Shown: piece after piece, positions 55,716-64,000 of the stretch
Position numbering within the stretch: position 1 is the stretch's first letter
Layout: every line of letters starts with the position of its first letter
Notes under the pieces: generated by a model
The model's input: the letters and a program-made list of their open reading frames with translations, nothing else
Databases searched by the model: none
What the model was told of the DNA's origin: nothing
Made by a program: the position numbers and the translations under genes
Source: the human T2T-CHM13v2.0 reference genome, Homo sapiens
DNA: 64,000 nt
Reading direction: 5' to 3' (one strand)
NCBI RefSeq assembly: GCF_009914755.1
Contig: NC_060942.1

Positions 55716-56050
55716 GGTCAGACCTGGTGGCACACACCTGTAATGCCAGCACCTTTGTGAGGCCAAGGCAGGTGGATCGCTTGAGCCCAGGAATTCAAGA
55801 CAGGCCTGGGCAACACAGCAAGACCTTGTCTCTATAAAAAAAATAAAAAATAAAAATAAAAATAAAAAAAAGATCAGTCAGGTGTGGTAGTGTGTGCCTG
55901 TAGTTCTAGCTTCTTGGGAAGCTGAGGTGGGAGGATTGCTTGAGCCCAGGAGCTCAAAATTTCAGTGAGCTATGATCGTGCCACTGCACTCCAGCCTGGG
56001 CAACAAACAGAATGAGACCCTGTCTCAAAAAAAACAAAACAAAACAAAAG
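55716..56050 (+). mobile_element. AluJ
   Basis: Full Alu. Confidence 0.9.
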
Positions 56051-57357
56051 CTGCAACTCAGTCTAACACCTTAAAATAGAAGTTAAGGGTAGGACGTCAA
56101 TGTCTTTTGTTTTCTCTACAAAAGAGAGTGAAAATCTAAATCAGGCAAGGAAATGGCACAAACACCACTTTAATTGTATCCAAGTGTCCTAACTTCATCA
56201 ATCATATTTGAGAATACTGGCAGGTGGGGGAATATGGGGAGGAGAAAACACTTCGCACCAACTTGATTTCTGAAACAACTACTTCCAAGAAATCATGAAG
56301 AAGTGCCAAAAGGGTAAACAGCAAATACTTTATTACCTCCAGTTGAAAGGAGATAGATTTCATAAACAGCAGACAAGTAGGCTTGACTCAGATAAGCCAG
56401 AATCTCAAAAAACTGATTCAACATATTGTTTAAAACTTGGGAACCCAGTTGCAATCACTGAGATACTAAGATTTAACTAGCAAAACAAACACTTCCTCTT
56501 TGGGAGGACCACTGCGCTATAGACATAAAAATACTACAGACATCTGAAAACTCAAGAATATCCCCATAAAACTACATAATTTCACTGGTTAAACGCTAGA
56601 GATATGCTAGCTAGAAAATCTCCAAGTTTTTTTTGTTGGGGGCTAAAACCTCTGAGGTATTTACTGTATGTGTGGCAGTTTTAAGCACCCAACTCACTTA
56701 AATCCCATAATAACCACATAAAGTCGGTACAATTATTATCCCTATTTTACAGACAAGGAAACAGAGGCCAAATGTGTTGTCCAATGTCACAGAGCTAGTA
56801 AGTGGTGAAGCAGGACTGAAACTTAGGTAATACTGCTCCAGAGTCCCCACTCTTCACTACAAAGCTAATCTGCCCATCCAAATGTTAACTAATTTAAGAC
56901 CAAAGTCAACCAGGAAAAGTTAATAACCACTGTCCTCTTTTCTGGCCTTATATCTTCAACATGTAAAAATATTTTATTTTTTTCTATAATTAAAATATAT
57001 TCTTAAGAAATCAGCAGAAGAAACAAAGCCAACAGAGCCAAAATAAGAAATGACAAAAGTCAAGTTTTTTAAAAACTCGACAAGCTAAAACATTGATTCA
57101 GCAAGATAAAAAAGATACATATATTTTAAAAACTAATTATATAAGAACCTGATGAACATCTCCAACATTAACAATGGCAGATGTTAAAAAAGAGAGGTTT
57201 GAGATAGTCCCAAAATTAACACAAGCAAAAAATGCCAATGCCAAAAATGTGCACCTTCCACAAACAAAAAAGCTCAGGGCCTATAAGTAAAATAATAGCT
57301 TATATGCAGCAAAAATAAATGTCATAAACTATTTATGCCACAGTAAAGATTTTGTAA

Positions 57358-58301
57358 GAGTCCACCCTTGTCTACAATTTCACCTTCCATGATTTCAGTT
57401 ACCTAAGATCAATCTTGGTCCAAAACTATTACATGAAAAGTTCTAGAAATAAACAGTTCCTAAGTTTTAAATTGCATGTTGTTCTGAGTAGCGTAATTAC
57501 ATCTTACATAATTACATCTTTTTGTCCATTCCACCCAGGACAAAAATCATCCCTTAATCCAGCATGTTGTATATGTTACCACCCCCATACAATGTGACTG
57601 TATAGAAACAAGAGTACAGTCATACACTGCATTACATTTTGGCCAACAATGGACTGCATATACAACAGTGGTCCTGTAAGACTATAATGAAGCTGAAAAA
57701 TTCCTATCACCTAGTGACCATTCCTATTGCCTAGTGTAGCCATCCTAACATCATAGCACAATGCATTACTCATGTGTTTGTGGTGACAGCCATGCTACCA
57801 GTTGTATAAAAGTACAGTACAATTATGTACAGTATATAATATTTGATAATGAAAATAAATGACTTCGTTACCGGTTTATGTATTTACTACACTTTTTATT
57901 GTTAGAATATACTCTATAAAAAAAAGTTAACTGTAAAATGGCCTCAGGGCCTTCAAGAGGTATACCAGAAGGCATTATTAGATACACAAATACTTACCAG
58001 TGTATTACAACTGCCTACAGTATTCACAACAGTAACATGCTATAGAGGTTTGTAGCCTAGAAGCAATAGGCTATACCATAAAGCCTCAGTGGGTAGTAGG
58101 TATACCATCTAGGTTTGTGTAAGTGCATGCTACAATGTTCACACAATGAAAAAATGCCTAACTATGCACTTCTCAGAATGTATCCCATCGTTAAGTGACA
58201 CATGAATATATACAGTGTATAAGGTTCAGTACCACCAGAAGTTTCAGGCATTCACTATGGGTCTTGGAAAACATGCCCTGAGGATAAGCAGGGGACTACT
58301 G
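57358..58301. mobile_element. MER44 (Tigger7-derived) interrupted by a Tigger3/MER7 element (~57617-58208)
   Basis: MER44 ends agtccacccttg / gataagcaggggactactg; Tigger3 ends cagtcatacactgcat / cgttaagtgacacatga. Confidence 0.8.
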
Positions 58302-59954
58302 CATTTACTGAAGTTTGTTTAAATAGTCTCTATTCAAAAGAATAATTAAAGATGTAAAAATTCATTAATGTTTATTAGTAGGCTAATTAAACAGTATTTT
58401 GCATTTACATTATATAGGTCCGAACATTCCTACAAGACTTTGCCAAACTCTGAAGGTGTGAATATTTTAGTCATCACTCCAAATCATTTTAACAAGGACA
58501 GCTGTGACTGCTGTGGTTTCCAGAGGTACAGGGAGGATTCAGGGAGTACAATACCAGAATAATTGGATGGCGGGGTTGGTGTGCTGGCAAAAATAGAGGC
58601 AAGGTCCCAGTCAGATCTGGGCTGACTCAGCAAATTCTGGCACTAACATCTACAACTCCTGATTCCTTCTTGACTTGACCTGAGTTGTACAATCTGTGAA
58701 CTAGCCAAGCAAACACAATGATAAATCCCTTTCTTCAACAGAGACCACAAAAATCTGACAAAAAAATCTAAGTTCCCAACATTAGACAAGCAGAGTTCTC
58801 ATGCAGTAAGGAAGAATTAGTATAACAAAAAATGGCAACAACAAAACCATAGGAAATAGTGAAGGAAAATGAGAAAAGTGAGGCAAAACAAAAGATGAGC
58901 AGCGTGAAGATTCAGAACATTCAATATACCTATAATAAGATTTAAGAAAAAAACTATAAACTGAGAAGCAAAAATAAAAGACAACTTGGGTCTTCCCAAT
59001 ATAAGGGCACATCAAATATCAAGCAAAATTAATGAAAGACCAATATCCGAGATAGGTGCTAGTCAGTTTAGGATAAAGGAAAAAAATACAATATCTAGGC
59101 CAAAAGACAAAAAGATATTCAGTGAAGCTGTTGTCCACGGGTGAACAGGAAGGAGAGCCACTCTCAGACATGCAAAGACCTGCGCCATTTTTGTTGCTCT
59201 TCATGACATCTTTATTTTTATCCTTTATTTTAAAATATTAAAATGTAATTTTTCTTTTTTCTGGAATATCTTTACAAGTAAAAAAAAGTTTTTTTACATT
59301 TCTGACACATGAATCAAGTAAAATTTTATGTGAGAAATAATGCATGAATAACGATAATGAAACAGTAAAACGTTTCAAAAATAAAATTTCTTAAACACCA
59401 ACAAAATGATCTATCTAGAATCCTATAAACAAAACAGGTCCATAAAAAACCATAAGGAAGGAGTCTGAGAGAAACTCAGATAATGGGATATTGTTTCAAG
59501 TCATGCATTTTCAGTATTTGTGGTTTTTATTATCTTCCTGTGATTTTTGGTACTCCACATTTTCTCCACAGTGTGAGTATATAAATATACACACACCTAC
59601 ATACACATACATATATAAAAGAATATATGTATTTGGACAAATATTTTTTGCTAATTTCTTTAAAAAGCTTATAAATTTCTATTACTGCCAGCATGTGTCA
59701 TAAATATTAAAAATAAACAAATAAAAAAGCATATAAATTTCTAGCAATTGTCCAGAAGATAGAACAGACTACTCTCAAAACAGTATGTTCCCTTTACACC
59801 AGAAACTTCCAAGCGGAAGCTGGCTAAACTATCTCATCTTTCAGGAAATATTCCAGAATCATTTCCAGTAAAAAGTCAGTTAGATGGTCTCCAAATTCTT
59901 TCTAGTTCCCGACTATAACAAATATCATCAACCTAAAATGACACCATCACTTAC

Positions 59955-61505
<1,551 letters not shown>

Positions 61506-61749
61506 TTTTAAAACAGTAAAATAAAACTATACCATCCCTGTGCACCCAGAATTTGGTCTACTAGTTACTTTCAATCACTACATACATTTAAGTAATCTGA
61601 TAAAAGGCAAAGAGAAAAAAACTATGTAAAATAAATGCTTCTGATACTTATTACCAAACTGTCCTCCACAGAGTGGACCAAATGAATTTACATCAACAAT
61701 ATGTTAAGAGTTCCCATTTCCACAACCCCATGTCATTACAAAGAATATC

Positions 61750-62068
<319 letters not shown>

Positions 62069-62554
62069 TAACTAACTCAAGCATGAAAACCATATCTCCT
62101 TTTGCTTTTTTTAAATTATTTTACTTCTAGGAATTTATGAGAAGACTATCACAGATAAGCCAAAACTTAGTTGAAGGGTGATTCAGAGCAATGTTTTCAG
62201 TATCAAACTGGAAGTAACATAAATGCCAAAAGGTGATTTAAAGCACTGTTCTTCAATAGCAAGGAACTGGAAGAAATATAAACGCTAAACAGTTAGCTGG
62301 CTAAACAAATACTACTTCCATAGAACAATGTAATTTAGCTATTAAATGAGATTTATAATCACATGAAAATTTTTATAGTAAATGTGCAAAAAGACACTAT
62401 ATAAAATGACATGTACAGTCTGATTCTATCCTTCTAAATCTTGCCAAAAGGTATTCAATGGGTGATAAAAATTTTGGATGGTATCTGCATGTGCTTATCA
62501 ATGGTTTTTCAACTATGATAAGCATGTACTACTTTTGCAATAAAAAAAAAAAAC

Positions 62555-62850
62555 TGCCAGGTGCAGTGGCTCACACCTGTAATCCCAACACTCTGGGAGG
62601 CGAGGGCAGGTGGATCACCTACCTGAGCCCAGCAGTTCGAGACCAGCCTGGGCAACACGGTGAAACACTGTCTCTACAAAAAGCACAAAAATTAGTCGGG
62701 AGTCGTGGCACTCGCCTGTAGTCCCAGCTACTCGGGAGGCTGATCACCTGAGCCCTGGGAGGTCGAGGGTGCAGTCAGTCATGATTGTGCCACTGAGCTC
62801 CAACCTGGGTAACAGAGTGAGACCTTGTCTCAAAACACACACACACACAC
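62555..62850 (+). mobile_element. AluJ with (CA)n tail
   Basis: Full Alu. Confidence 0.88.
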
Positions 62851-63766
62851 TTCACTGCTACCACCCACTGTAGTTCAGGCTTTTACTGCTGAGCACATTT
62901 TTCTAATTAAGTTGCATCTGGTCTCCCTACTGCTAATCTCTCTCCAATCTAATCCACTCAACAACTATAACCATTTTCAGACACTGCCAACACCACCACT
63001 CCTTTCTTCCCTTTGGCCTGTTATCAACCTCTACTGGGCCTGACATTCAAGTGCCCTCCACAATGTGGCTCCAAACTACTTTTCAATCTCATCTCACTTC
63101 TAAGAACTGATACAGTAACAACAAAATGTAATCTTTGTTAGCAGTTTATTAAGGACTTCGTCTCAAGAAAGCGTAACTGCCTATATGCATCATTGTTTTA
63201 ACCATCAGAGTTCTATGAATGCCTCTCTTGACAGTAATTAGCATTAGTATTGATATTACATTTCCATTCCATGAATGAGTGAACAGGCACAAAGGGCAAT
63301 AGAGTGTAAATTCCTCTCTGTTACATACTTTAACGTAAAAGAATGAACACTGGCTTAAGGACTCTGGTTTCATCTGTAGCTCCCGCTCTTCCACTAGATG
63401 GCACTATTACTCTTTACAAATTCAGTACTTATACAATGCTAAGGATTACTACTGTTCATTTCTTATTCACGTTATTCTCACATATTGTTAGTGTTATTCT
63501 CCTACAGAAGGGGAAAAAATGCAAGCTGGTAAAATAATTTTACAATTTCAAGACGATAATTTACTCCTTTGTTCAAAATGCTCAACTGCAGCTCTACAAA
63601 CTGCATGCCTTGAACACACAGCCCACTTAAGACTTTTTAAGTACTGGACTCTGCTAAAATGATTTAACCAATTATGTTGGATATAATTTTATTCAAAATC
63701 CTCAAGTGTCTTTCAATCATTTTTATTTATTAAAGTATCATTCTTTTCTGATTTAGCTACAAGTAA

Positions 63767-64000
<234 letters not shown>

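Overview
Human (primate) genomic DNA, very rich in Alu/L1/L2/MIR/LTR/DNA-transposon repeats. Almost every ORF in the supplied track is an Alu, L1 or simple-repeat artefact. Two real genes are visible in a convergent arrangement, and I recognise the locus as 18q12.2. (1) The complete 5-exon C18orf21 (RMP24) gene lies on the + strand, CDS join(18229..18305,18385..18407,20396..20595,22912..23102,24337..24508). It encodes 220 aa with an RPP21/Rpr2/Snm1-like CxxC...CxxC zinc ribbon and is driven by a CpG-island promoter. (2) The terminal exon (49 codons plus a ~3.3-kb 3' UTR) and >25 kb of the last intron of RPRD1A lie on the - strand. Unexplained signals: a ~65-nt non-Alu inverted repeat 2.1 kb apart in the RPRD1A intron, whose mismatches are mostly G-U wobbles on the transcribed strand and one of whose arms sits inside a candidate poison exon; a candidate two-exon 119-codon ORF with Kozak start, splice sites and tandem AATAAA between the two genes; and a 79-nt intron/23-nt microexon switch in C18orf21. 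Repeat boundaries are approximate and subfamily names come from recalled consensus sequences, not from a search.
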